Program-made: the position numbers and the translations under genes | From: Mobula birostris | Lineage: Eukaryota | Assembly (NCBI RefSeq): GCF_030028105.1 | Contig: NC_092396.1 | Span: 14,033,820 to 14,097,819, forward strand | Length of the DNA stretch: 64,000 nucleotides | Direction: 5' to 3' | The notes under the pieces: model-generated | Database searches by the model: none | What the model was told of the DNA's origin: nothing | The model's input: the letters and a program-made list of their open reading frames with translations, nothing else | Shown: positions 1 through 11,599 of the stretch, one piece after another | Position numbering within the stretch: the stretch's first letter is position 1 | Layout: every line of letters starts with the position of its first letter

Positions 1-471
1 GAATTTAGCAAGGCATTTGACAAGGTCCCGCATGGGAGGTTGGAAAAGAAGGTTCAGTCACTTGGCATTCAAGATGGATGTCTCTCTGACTGGTGGCCTG
101 TGACAAGTGGAGTGCTGCAGGGATCAGTGCTGGGTCTATTGTTGTTTGTCATCTTTATCAACAATCCAGATGACAATGTGGTTAACTGGATCAGCAAATT
201 TGTGGATGACACCAAGATTTGGGGTGTAGTGGACAGCGAGGAAGACTATCAATTGCTAGCAGGGGGATCTGGACCAGCTGGAAAAATTGGCTGAAAATGG
301 CAGATGGAATTGTGAGGTATTGCACTTTGAGTGGACCAACCAGGATACTGTGAGAGGTAGGGCACTGAAGAGTGTGGTAGAACAAAGGGATCTAGGAATA
401 CATGTCCATAATTCTTTGAAAGTAGCGTCATAGGTTGATCAGGTCATAAAGAAAGCTTTTGGCACATTGGT
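1..471 (+). mobile_element. CR1-type LINE, RT fragment (5' part, interrupted by a Rex1 insertion)
   Basis: Decayed RT motifs: KAFDKVPH, SGVLQGSVLG.LLFVIFIN, ISKFVDDTK (ORF 40-294). Confidence 0.9.
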
Positions 472-1152
472 TTGCAGCTTCAAGTTCCTGGGTGTCAAGA
501 TCTCTGAGGACCTAACCTGGTCCAACATGTTGATACAGTTATAAAGAAGGCAAGACAGTGACTATACTTCATTAGGACTTTGAAGAGATTTGGTATGTCA
601 ACAAATACACTCAAAAACTTATATAGATGTACCGTGAAGAGTATTCTGACAGGCTGCATCACTGTCTGGTATGTGGGGGGGTGTGCTTCTGCATAGGATC
701 GAAAGCAGTTGCAGAGGGTTGTAAATTTAGTCAGATCCATCTTGGGTACTAGCCTACAAAGTACCCAGGATATCTTCAAGGAGCAGTGTCTCAGAAAGGC
801 AGCGTCCATTATTAAGGACCTCCAACACCCAGGGCATGCCCTTTTCTCACTGTTACCATAAGGTAGGAGGAACAGAAGTCTGAAAACACACACTCAGTGA
901 TTCAGGAACAGCTTCTTCCCTCCTTCCAACCGATTCCTAAATGGACATTGAACCCGTGAACACCACCCCACTTTTTAAATATGTATTATTTCTGTTTTTT
1001 GCATGATTTCAATCTATTCAATATGCATATACTGTAATTGATTTATTTATTTATCTTTTTTCTTTTTTATTATGTATTGCATTGAACTGTTGCTGCTAAG
1101 TTAATAAATTTCACGTCACATGCTGGTGATAATAAACCTGATTCTGAATTCT
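472..1152 (+). mobile_element. Rex1/Babar-like LINE 3' fragment nested in CR1
   Basis: FKFLGVKISEDLTWS...YRCTVKSILTGCITVWY motifs; 3' tail AATAAACCTGATTCTGA; CR1 reading resumes after it. Confidence 0.8.
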
Positions 1153-1770
1153 TTATCAAAATATTGAGTACAGGAGATGGGATGTTATGTTGAAGATGTG
1201 TAAGATATTGGTGAGGCCTAATTTGGAATATTGTGTGCAGTTTTGGTCACCTACTTACAGGAAAGATGTAAATAAGATTGAAAGCATACAGAATAGACTT
1301 ACAAGAATTTTGCCAGGTCTGGAGGACTTGAGTTATGAGGAAAGATTGAATAGGTAAGGACTTTATTCTTTGGAACATAGAAGATTGAGAGGAGATTGAT
1401 AGAGGTGTACAAAATTATGAGGTGGATAGATAGGGTAAGTGCAAGCAGGCTTTTTCCATGGAGGTTGGGTGGGACTACAAACAGAGGTCATTCGTTAAGG
1501 GTGACAGATGAAAAGTTTAAAAGGGATATTAAGGTGAACTTCTTCACTCAGAGGGTCATGGGGGTATGGAATGAGCTGCCAACGCAAGTGGTGCATGCAA
1601 GCTCGATTTTGATGTTTCTGAAAAGTTTGGATAGGCACGTGGATAGTAGGAGTATGGAGAGCTATGGTTCTGGTGCAGCTTGATGGGAATAGGCAGTTTA
1701 AATAGTTTGGCTTAGATTAGATGTGCCAAAGGGCCTGCCTGTTCCTGTGCTGTGTTTCTATGACTCTAAA
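1153..1770 (+). mobile_element. CR1-type LINE 3' end (continuation of 1-471)
   Basis: LVRPNLEYCVQFWSP; IEVYKIM..IDRV...RGHSL...FFTQRVMGVWNELP; CR1-type 3' tail. Confidence 0.9.
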
Positions 1771-2040
1771 AGATAATGTGCAAGAAAATTATGGTCCAAA
1801 TCTGTCATTTTTTTTGTTGAGCAGAAACAAAGCTGTAGGGCATATTGGCCTAGTCATATCATAAACATTTCTTTGTTCTAATTCTTAATGCTAACCAGAA
1901 TTAAAAGTCTAGTAACTGTTTAAGCTTGGCATAACACAGAAAAATGTCAGAAATGCAGAGCAGCACACATGAAATGCAAAGAACTGAGATGGTTGAGTTA
2001 GACAGTCCAGACTTCTGAAACAGCTGCGATATTGGTTAAT

Positions 2041-2207
2041 ACACTCAACATGCTGGAGAAACTCAGTGAGCCGGATGAAGGGTCTCAGCCTGACACATCA
2101 TCATTCTTTTTCTCTTTTTCATAGGTGCTGCCTGACCTGCTGAGCTCCTCCAGCGTTTTATGTGTGTTACTGTGGATTTCCAGCATCTCCAGAGTTTCTT
2201 GTGTTTG
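2041..2207. mobile_element. Penelope-like terminal repeat remnant with a short inverted 5' copy and a degenerate hammerhead motif
   Basis: TGCTGGAGAAACTCAG is inverted relative to CTGAGCTCCTCCAGC; GGATGAAGGGTCTCAGCCTGACAC resembles the HHR motif seen in other copies. Confidence 0.7.
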
Positions 2208-2999
2208 AGCTAAATTAGTCATATCAAATGATCTTACTGCAGTAGTTTCCACTTGATAAGTGTATACAAGCTCCTTCCTCTTATCCCAGTTACCTCAATT
2301 TCTACATTTCTTAAAGCCTTAACTTGGCCTTATGGTTTAGCATCATGAACAATTGGTGCATATAATGGAATCTGAGGAGTGAATGGTGCTTGTGCATTTT
2401 CAACCATGCAGAACATCACATTTCAGGTAAAACTGTGGAATGGGTTCCTTCTGGGAGTAGATAACATTGATGCATTCAAATTGAAATTAGATTACTTTCA
2501 GGAAAGCCATATTCTGGGATTGAATATGTGAGTAAGTCTGGATAAATGTAGCATGCTCTGCCTCTATCATAGATGAATTATTAGAGTTTGGTTTCTGGTA
2601 TTATATCTTTACTCCTATCACTGTTACATATTTTCTTAAATGGATTTCTGTACTCTGGATAGACTTTAGATTTTAAGCTACCATGAGCCCAGTCCTGTTC
2701 TCTTCAGATGTCCATACATATACTTCTTGTGGGAATTACTGGATAGCAATGTGCATCAGGAATCAGATTAGATTTTTTCTTCTTTGCATATTTAAAGGAC
2801 AAGGAAGCCATTTGTAAAGTTCTGGCTGAGATCAACAAATCAGAAACAAAAGTAGTCCATAGAACTCTTTAAGTAACTGAGGCATTGGGGAAAACTGCTA
2901 CACAGCGTAAAATTCTTTTTGTATAACAGAGAGTGACATCATTGAGTTACAAGTGTTATTGTCCCATTCTCCTTTAAATCAGGCTTGTCTGTTACTGGC

Positions 3000-3241
3000 C
3001 CAATTGACTTATTTGTGAATGCCTTTCTCACCAAGTTTGCAGTCTCCGCCCAATGCCCAGCCTCCATGCCTAGAAAAGTCTCTGCTACACTTTCATCTAA
3101 TCTTCCTCGGCACCAGATGCCATCACCATGGCGACAGGGACGCTACATGCTGAGCTGCAGTAAATAATGTGGTTTCATAATAGCAGGCCACTCCTGCTCA
3201 CCAGATCCCTGTGGAGTTTTAAAAAAAATCTTCAGGTACAG
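3000..3241 (+). promoter_or_regulatory. TP73: Candidate TP73 P1 (TA) promoter / non-coding exon 1
   Basis: Repeat-free with locally elevated CpG; CCAAT at 3000 and 3050; GC box CCGCCC 3046-3051; X-box-like ATCACCATGGCGAC 3122-3135; donor-like CAG|GTACAG at 3236. Exon 2 starts with an acceptor, so an upstream exon is required. Confidence 0.35.
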
Positions 3242-5819
3242 TAACAAGCAAATGAAGCGCTTTTTAAACGTTAACGTGCTGGTGCTCTCTGAAACCGAGG
3301 GGTGGAAACGTGCAGATAAGTTGTGCGGGGGAGGTTATTTAGAACTTCAGGAGCTGGGCTATTGTACTTCACTCAGAGCTTTGTCTTAAGTCTCTAGAAT
3401 TCTGAAAAGAAGTTAACCCTTTGTGTGTGGATTCTGTACAAAATAGATTTGGCTGAAGCAGTTCTTATTATAAATATTTCGTTTATGTATCCCGTTGACA
3501 CAGTTGTCAAGTATAAACTTGGAGAGCCGTTCTGCCAAATACACCAAGTTAGTGAAAACTCTGCTGAATTAGCAATCTCAGCTCACGTGCCAGTATGACT
3601 GAAAAAAGGAAATACATTCAGGTTCATACTCATTCTCGGGATCCAGTGATTCATGGCTGCAATATTGACAGTTGAGAAGCGGCTCTGAAGGTGTGCATGA
3701 AGAAATGACGGTTGGCTCCCAATCTTCAGGTTTGTCTGCAAGGTGGAAGAGGGCACTTGGTTCTTAGAACTCAGTCACAACAAGACTGACTACTTACTGA
3801 AAAGGAGAAATGTTCAGAAGGAAAAGTGACCATTTTGCTTTGAGAACTTTTCCTTACACTCCATTTAAAGCATCTGATTTCTCCTTTTTAAAATGCTATC
3901 TTATGAAATTGTACATGATTTATCTTGTAAGCTATTTCAAAACATTTGAAACTTGACATGTTCTGTCTGAACATGTTAAACCTTGAGATTGAATGCTTAA
4001 TCAAATGTCCCTTCTCTGGAATAACTGCATTTGCAATCATAATTTACTTAATGCATACAGATTATAACCCCAAATGGATTATTTAAAAGTTGATTATTTC
4101 ATTATTGTCTGATTTTTGTGACAATTGACAATTAGTCTTTTTACTTTTAATCATGATTAACATTTGAATCAGAATCAGGTTTAATATCACTGACATGTGA
4201 AATTTTGTTTTCTGTGGCAGCAGTATAGTGCAATACATTATACTATAACTTACAATAAGAAAACATATATACATAGTGCAAGAAGATTAAAAATAGTGAG
4301 GTAGTGTTCATAGGTTGGTTCATTGTTCATTCCAAAATCTATGGCAGAGAGGAGGAAGTTGTTCCTGAAACATTCCTAAATCATTTGGAGATTCTTCCAA
4401 ATAAATCTTAAGCATTCTTAATCATCTTCAAGTATTATGGATATTTGTGGACTTCCTGGAAGTATTTTCATATAGATTTCACTTGATTATTCGGTAAAGC
4501 TCAAAATTCTTTTGTGTCTGTTTGGAAGCTCCGGATTGAAAAATGATGTCCCAAAATAATAGGAAGAACATTTTACTGCCGGGTATTATCACTTGAATAG
4601 ATTAAATTGTTCCTATTAATATGTGTTGGTGTAATTACAGCTATTCAAATGAGTTTATTTATTTTTCTTTTATTTGATTGTAAAGCCAAATTACTGTATG
4701 CCTGAAGCTAGTATTAATAACTTGGTCAGAGAATCATAAAGATTTGAATTTATGCAAATAGTCTTCATTCATATTGCCCTGTTTTTACTAAGAGAAGTTT
4801 CTGTGGTTTGTTTCCTTTGCTCTTTAACCAGACTATTTACTAAGGAAAGCTGGAAACACTTGGCAGGCAGTATCTGTGGAAAGAAATACAATGTTCATGC
4901 TTCAGGCTGCCTGACCTATTACCAGCATTTTCTGTTATTAATTTACTAAATTATCTTTGTTTACCAGTCACTAGGTTTTACTCTGGGTCACACCTCCAAT
5001 TCATTGGTTAACAGAATGTTGGCAATAAGTACTCTGAAAATTAAACTTCTCCTTTTGATATTGTTGACTTGATCTTTTTTGCTTTTAAATGCATTTTCTA
5101 AAGTAGCTTCTGCAGGGAACATTGGATCCTACTGATACACCTTTCTATGTATAAGGTTTATGCATTTAATATTACACAGTGCCTTTATTTCCCTATTGCT
5201 ACAGCCAGCAAAACTCTGCCTGCCATGTTAAATGCTGCTGGATTCAAGCATTGGAATTGGTTCTGGAGCAAGAATGACAACAGTGCAATCTTGCCTCCAC
5301 CAGCCTGAAAACCATCTGAAGCCTATACCAGGAAAATGCCAATGGTTCTGTGGCAAAAGAAACTACTGCCCTTACTAAGATGACAGCATTTCTGCTCCAA
5401 CTATTGGCACTTTCTTCCCAGAACCAGCTAACCCAGAATGCTGCTGTTGATTGCTGAGATGATGCAGCCCTTAGTTGGTCCATAAGTCTCTCATTTGATC
5501 TTCATAGTTTGTTGACCCTCGCCGTTGCAAAAGGTCAGCCTTTCCCTGACTTGCTGCATGCAAATACAGGGCAACACTGCTTAGAGGAAACCCTCTTGAG
5601 AAGCACAGGAGTAAATAGTAAATATTTATAATTGTGACGTCTATTAGTTTAATTACACTACAGATTAAAACTGATTTGTTTTATAAATTTTGTTATTGTG
5701 AAATCTAGACCATTAATGGTTTTTGCTGCAGGCATCATGAGGGTGAGCAATAAAATAGAAAGCACAATGTGGAATATGCAGTTTTATGCGCATTATAATT
5801 TACCTTGTGACAGTGCTGA

Positions 5820-5980
5820 GGACTACCAGACTCAAAAACGGTTACTTTCCCCAAGCAGTAAGGCTGATCAACACCTCCACCACTACTTTATTATTTCCCA
5901 TCAGTCACCTAACATACAGCCTAGCATCACTTTTTGTACATACAATCAATCAATGTTTGTATGTTATTTTATGTATCTAT
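5820..5980 (+). mobile_element. Rex1-like 3' tail fragment
   Basis: RTTRLKNGYFPQAVRLIN C-terminal motif followed by 3' UTR. Confidence 0.65.
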
Positions 5981-5987
5981 ATTTAAT

Positions 5988-6310
5988 CACAAACAAGAGA
6001 AAATCTGCGGATGCTGGAAATCCAAGCAACACACACACAATGCTGAAGGAACTCAGCAGACCAGGCAGCATCTATGCAAAAGAGGACGTTTCGGCAGGAC
6101 TGGAGAAAAAAAGATGAGGAATCAGAATTAAAAGGTGGGGGGAGGGGAGGGTGAAGCACAAAGTGATAGGTGGAACCGGGAGGGGTGAAATAAAGAGCTG
6201 GGAAGTTGATTGGTAAATGAGGGAATCTAATAAGAGCGGACAGAAGGCCATGGAAAAAAGAAAGAAGGGTACTCCTCCCCTTTACTTTCTTCCTTGGCCT
6301 TCTGGAGCAA
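5988..6310 (-). mobile_element. Penelope-like terminal repeat (pLTR) fragment
   Basis: Reverse complement of the 17050-17452 terminal region; HHR stem II deleted. Confidence 0.8.
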
Positions 6311-6344
6311 ATGGTCACTTCAGGTAGCTCTGTAGTGTAATTGG

Positions 6345-6930
6345 TGAGTCATTCCGTCATCGTGGCTATCCCTCGAGGTTGAGGATGATGGTCTTCATTC
6401 TGTTGATCTACTTATGGACTCTCAAGTGGCTTATGAGTCCAATCTTGGCTTTGAAAGTTCTCCTGCATTCAAGACAGGTAGTTCCGGATGGCAGATCGGG
6501 CTTTGGTTGTTGCTGCCTCTCTTTCCATTTTCTTCTCTTTTCTTCTAATTCTGCACATCTGTTGGCTTCGAAAGTTTCTGTTCCTTCTCAGATGATGGCT
6601 TGCAAGAGTTTCCTGTCCGTGGCATTGGTTTCCCAATTGTCGATGCTACATTTCTTCATGTTGGCTTTTAAGACGTCTTTGAATCTCTTCTGTTGTCTGC
6701 CTGTTTTACATTTGCCTTCTTTAAGCTGGGAGTAGAAGATTTGTTTCGGCAGACATTCATCTTTCATCTGAACAACATGACCGCTCCATCTTAGTTGGTT
6801 CTTGATGACGTAGGCTTCAATGCTTGTTGTTTTTGCTTCATTTAGCATGCTGACGTTGGTTCTTCTATCTTCCCAGCTGATGTTTAAGATGTTTCGAAGA
6901 CAGCGTTGATGGAACTTTTCAAGTGCCTTC
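6345..6930 (-). mobile_element. RTE-clade LINE 3' end
   Basis: SIEAYVIKNQLRWSGHVVQMKDECLPKQIFYSQLKEGK...QQKRFKDVLK (ORF 6588-6848). Confidence 0.9.
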
Positions 6931-8409
6931 AGATGTTATCACTGATTTCAACAAGATAGTGTCATCCTCTTCCTGCTCTGAACAATCAAGTGTTTTGACT
7001 TTAATTAAAAGATCTTTAATCAAGACCTTTCCTTTCATTCTCCTAGTTGGTGAAAATCACACTAATGCAGTAGAGTGTTCTATCGTTCTTTCCTACGGAA
7101 AGAACAATAGGTGCCTAGCTTCAGTGTTTCCTTGATTGATGTAAAAACAACTTGTTTGCATCATTATTATGTGCTCATCATTGGAGAGACACATTGCCAA
7201 AATCATCAATGCAAGATTGGTTAAAAGATAATCCGTATGTGGTTAAAGAAAACGGATGTTCGTCCCTGATTGCCATTGTTCCCTAATAATAATGTTCCTC
7301 CAAGGTGAAGAATAGTGTAGTGGTATGTGCAGTATCCAGAAATTGAAGTCTTGATGTACTTCCATCTGATTATCAATGGCATTGGACTTGATATACTGCT
7401 CCAAACCAAACACTGGAATGTCACCGTGATACCCCTTACCTATCCAAAACTCAGGAGGCCCGAAGTGTGATTTCATTGGGTCTTTTGCATCTCCTCTATT
7501 AAGCTAGAGAGCCAATAGTGTTGCAGCACATTCAGAGAAGCTCTTTCTTTGTTGCTTTCTCAGGTGGCAAAATTGTGTGATTAGCTGCAGACAATACCAA
7601 AGCAGGGTATCCTTCATAGAGGTAACAGCAGAAAGCTTTGAAATGGAGTGTTGCTGTTACTGATACACACAGACACACACAAACACCAGCATGATTTTCA
7701 AACACATCATCACAAAATTCTCTGCCATGTAAAAGAGGAATGTGTATCATTTTAACAAGTTGTGTAAATCAGACTTTCTTATAGGTAATAGCATTCAAAC
7801 TATTTCTCTAGTAAAGGAGCAAGGTCTGTTGGTTTAAAGTCAAATTAAATTGGTTAGGTCAGGAATGGGTAATGCCAAATATGGCTTTTAAAATATCAAA
7901 GATAGTTGCCATATTTTCAGTAGTACACCCTGGTACCAAGGTGGCATAATTCATGCATGTAGTACATGTAACATGCAGCATCTACATTATGCAGTACTGC
8001 TGCAGGTTGAAAAGGAGCAGTTTGAATTTAACCCTCTTCCAGATGTCCAAAGGGAGTTAATTAACACTCCTTCCATTCTTTTCACCCTTCTCCACCCTTC
8101 TGTTAGAGTAGGTAACAGGAATGGAGAGTTATTTCAGCAGGGTTCTACACTGTGTGTGTAATGTGTGATATATATGTGATAGAATTGAGAGGTTCCCTAG
8201 AACAGCAAATAATAAAGGAGTGATTTTTAAAAACGCCTTCAGCAGAAGAAGTTTATTTTTTTTATATAACTTGAAGAGCATCAAGAGTACAAAATAATAA
8301 CAAATACTACTACTGTTGGAAATATGAAGTAAAAACACAAAAATGTTGGAAATGTTCAGCTGGTCAGCTGCATCAGTTAAGAGATAAAATTAACACCACA
8401 AATCAAGTA

Positions 8410-9043
8410 AACTTAATGCCATTGGTTATTTGAGGCAGCTGCTTACTTGATGCTAGTGTCAGTTGCATGTGTTTGTGTTCAAAAGGAAGTGATTTTTGTC
8501 ACTGATAGTTGGTGAGAAATAAGCATTAAGACAATTGAAACTATGTTGCTTACCACGGTTTCAAGCATTTCAGGCTTGGAGATGCCAAAAATGGCCAGCT
8601 GGGAATGAAAATGAAATAATTTCAGTACTTCATCAAGTTAGGAACTATGAAGAATTTGAAGGTATCTACAATCATCTTGAATGTTACAATGAAAACAAAG
8701 ACTTAGAGAGAATGCAATAGTTGAAAGCATTGTATGAAGGCTGTATGATCTGTACTAGGTGTCTGTGCTGATTTTGTTTATTTACAATAAATCAAAAGAG
8801 CATGCAGTGTACAGTAGATGAATTCCTCTGATAACTATTAGGAACTAGTACAGTTTTATAGTACTGTAGTAGTATTGATAGTTTCTAATTTGTTCTGTAT
8901 TTCATATAAATACATAATTTGTTACTCGGTTAAACCTTTTTTATACCTTTTTAACTATTTCCATGAAACTAATTGGGGAAGCTGCTTAATTGGGCCAAAA
9001 TGTACTGATCCCAATGTGTCACAATTAACTGGAATCCATCGTA
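8410..9043 (+). mobile_element. Tigger/pogo-like non-autonomous DNA transposon, partial
   Basis: Paralogous to 44882-45711; ends CCAATGTGTCACAATTAACTGGAATCCATCG-TA; remnant EEFEGIYNHLECYNENKDL. Confidence 0.7.
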
Positions 9044-9547
9044 TTATGGAATTATTTGCACAATAGAAATGCATCAGTAGATATCAAAGTAAGGCAGTTA
9101 ATGACATTTAAACCACTTTGATGTAAAGAATGCCATTAAGTACTCCACACTCATTCTTACTTCATGAGTGTTTCAATGATTACCGTCTTTGAAAGGCATT
9201 GAAGGTATTAATTGTGCATTAAGCAGCCACTCTCAAAACAAATTGTAAATGGAGAAGCAGTGTGAAGCTAGCAGTCTAAAATCTGGCTACATCACTGTGT
9301 TAATCCACCTTGCTATACAGTGAGGAGAGATTGAGTGAATAGCCAGCTGGTCTCTGGGGAGTGGGGGGGAATGGTGTCAGTTAATTGTATTGTAATGCAG
9401 AAAGTGAGTACCAATATGAAAAACTTGTTCCTCCCAGCAGCTAATTCACCATCTGTGTGTTATTCCTGAGCTACTTCATCTAACCTCAACTGAACTCAAC
9501 TCAGTCATAGAGTAGTAGGTGATCAAAGTCCTGCTTAAGCTCTAGTG

Positions 9548-9627
9548 CAGGGGTTTCCAGCCTGGGGTCCACAGAATCCAAGTTTAATGGTATTGCTCCA
9601 TGGCATAAAAAAAGTTGAGAACCCCTG
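9548..9627. mobile_element. 80 bp hAT (Charlie-like) MITE
   Basis: TIR CAGGGGTT...AACCCCTG; 8 bp TSD CTCTAGTG/CTCCAGTG. Confidence 0.85.
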
Positions 9628-9734
9628 CTCCAGTGGAAAATACAAACATTGGGTCTTTTACAGTGAGAAAGCTATAAGCAACTTGGTCAAAGATGAAGAC
9701 TATGAATTAATCTTTGAAATCAATGATCTTTCAG

Positions 9735-10082
9735 AAAGAAAGAAGGTACAAGTGCCCCAGAATTCACACCACCAAGTTCAAAAGCAGTTACTACCCCTCA
9801 ACCATCAGGCTCTTGACCAAAAAAGGATAACTACACTCATTCTATTTCTGGTGTTCCCACAACCGATGATCTCACTTTTAAGGACTTTTTATCTTGTTAG
9901 TTAATGCTCTCGTACTTATTGCTATTTATTTATATTTGCGTTGCCACAGGTTGTTGTTCATTGATCTTATTTACAATTACTGTTCTATAGATTTGCTGAG
10001 TATGCCTGCGGGAAAAAGAATCTCAGGGTTGTGTGTGGTGACACGTATGTTCTCTGATAATAAATTTTACTTTGAACTTTAG
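9735..10082 (+). mobile_element. Rex1-like 3' tail
   Basis: CACCACCAAGTTCAAAAGCAGTTAC...TCTCAGGGTTG...AATAAATTTTACTTTGAACTTT, shared with other copies in the window. Confidence 0.75.
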
Positions 10083-11599
10083 AAGAAGACAAGATGTTAA
10101 ATAATTGAAATGAACCAGAAGTATTGACTGTTTCTTTCTTCCATGCTGCTACCTGACCTGCAGATAGTTTTTAGCTTCTGCTTTTGATTTTGATGTCAAT
10201 TTTGAGGAATGTAGCCTCCTCGTCTGTAGGAAAATTGAAGTTGTGCTTTATTCTCTTTCAGGTGAAAAGTACATGGGGCTTTGCACAGTTAAATACTAAT
10301 GAAAAGTTCTTTCCCAACGGACTATTTCCACGTTCCCATTCTTTCACTGAATTATTGTTCCAGGACTAAATTCAAGTACTCCCCAAATCACTGGGTTGAA
10401 TAATGTATTGTTGACCCTTTTTCACTGTTCCCTCTATCACCTTCCCAGGTGTTTAAAGATTTTCTTGATTTCCCTTCCTATTCCTGATGTTCTTAGTCTT
10501 TAAATGTGTCTGCAGTACTGGATGGTTTTGTTTTTAATCCAGTCAAGCTCTGTTTTCCTTATTAATAATTCAATAAAAGATTATTTAATTCAGTTGACAG
10601 ATTATCTGAGGCTTTGTGGACATTGAATCTTTATGACTGTATATATCTTGAATGCTGTTGGAGGTCACAAACATGCCTTTTAGGGAGATCTGCATAATCA
10701 AGCCATGTCAAAGTGCTGAAAGATAGTTTGCATCCAGAACATGTTTATTTGAATCTTTGTGAATAAAGGAGAACACCTGCTCTGAGTGCCATGTTGTTAA
10801 TGAAAAGGTTGTTATTTTTTAATGTTGATTTTTAGTGCTGGTTAAATGGGTGATTAATTCTGAAAATCAGTTAGACATCTCACAATCAGCTGATATATGA
10901 GGCATTTACCTTTCTGAGTTTAATTCTTAACTACTACTGCAAGATTATTCTATAGCCATCCTTCTTCCCCTCCAGCCGCATCAAACAACTGCTCTTTAGT
11001 AAATCCTGGGGTAGATCATGTCAAATTTTATTTGATTGTGCCAGAGAGGTGCATTGGAATATGTGGCAGAAGAGCATGTGTGCCAGACATGATTCTAGTG
11101 TGGTGGAAACTAGCACCTGGGGAATGCAAATCCTTACAAAGTAGGAAGGCACCATAAACACCTAAGGTTAAGGAATAATATTCTCTTTGTTCCATCGTCA
11201 AGGAATAATATTCTCTTTGTATTTCTTCTCCTTACAACATTCTACTAGCTACTCATTTTACAGTGGCTGTCAAAGCTCTACAAGTTGCTCTATAAGCTTG
11301 CTCTTATGCTGTACTGTCACGTGAAGGATCACTCTAGCATGTGAAAGCTAGGTGGACAATTTTCATTAAGTTGTTCCATTTGCTTGTTGCATGCTGCTAT
11401 CAGCAACACATCAAATAAGCAAGAGGTGCGCAAATTATTTCCACAGTATTGCCGAGCTCAAGAGACATTTGCACTCTGTTTTAAATCTTTATTTGTTCCC
11501 CATTGAGTACTGCAGTTGAGTTCAGAATCTTATTTTTGCTATTGACAGAAAAACCATAAACACTGAAGTGATGTTTGTCTAATAAGAACTTATCAGATC

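Noticed and set aside
1-3000. WRAP73 first exon (head-to-head neighbour of TP73 in mammals)
   Set aside because: No MNFSE-like minus-strand exon seen; the region is mostly CR1/Rex1
5244-5483. 79 aa minus-strand ORF in coding-like sequence
   Set aside because: No recognisable protein family or splice structure; probably an old unclassified repeat
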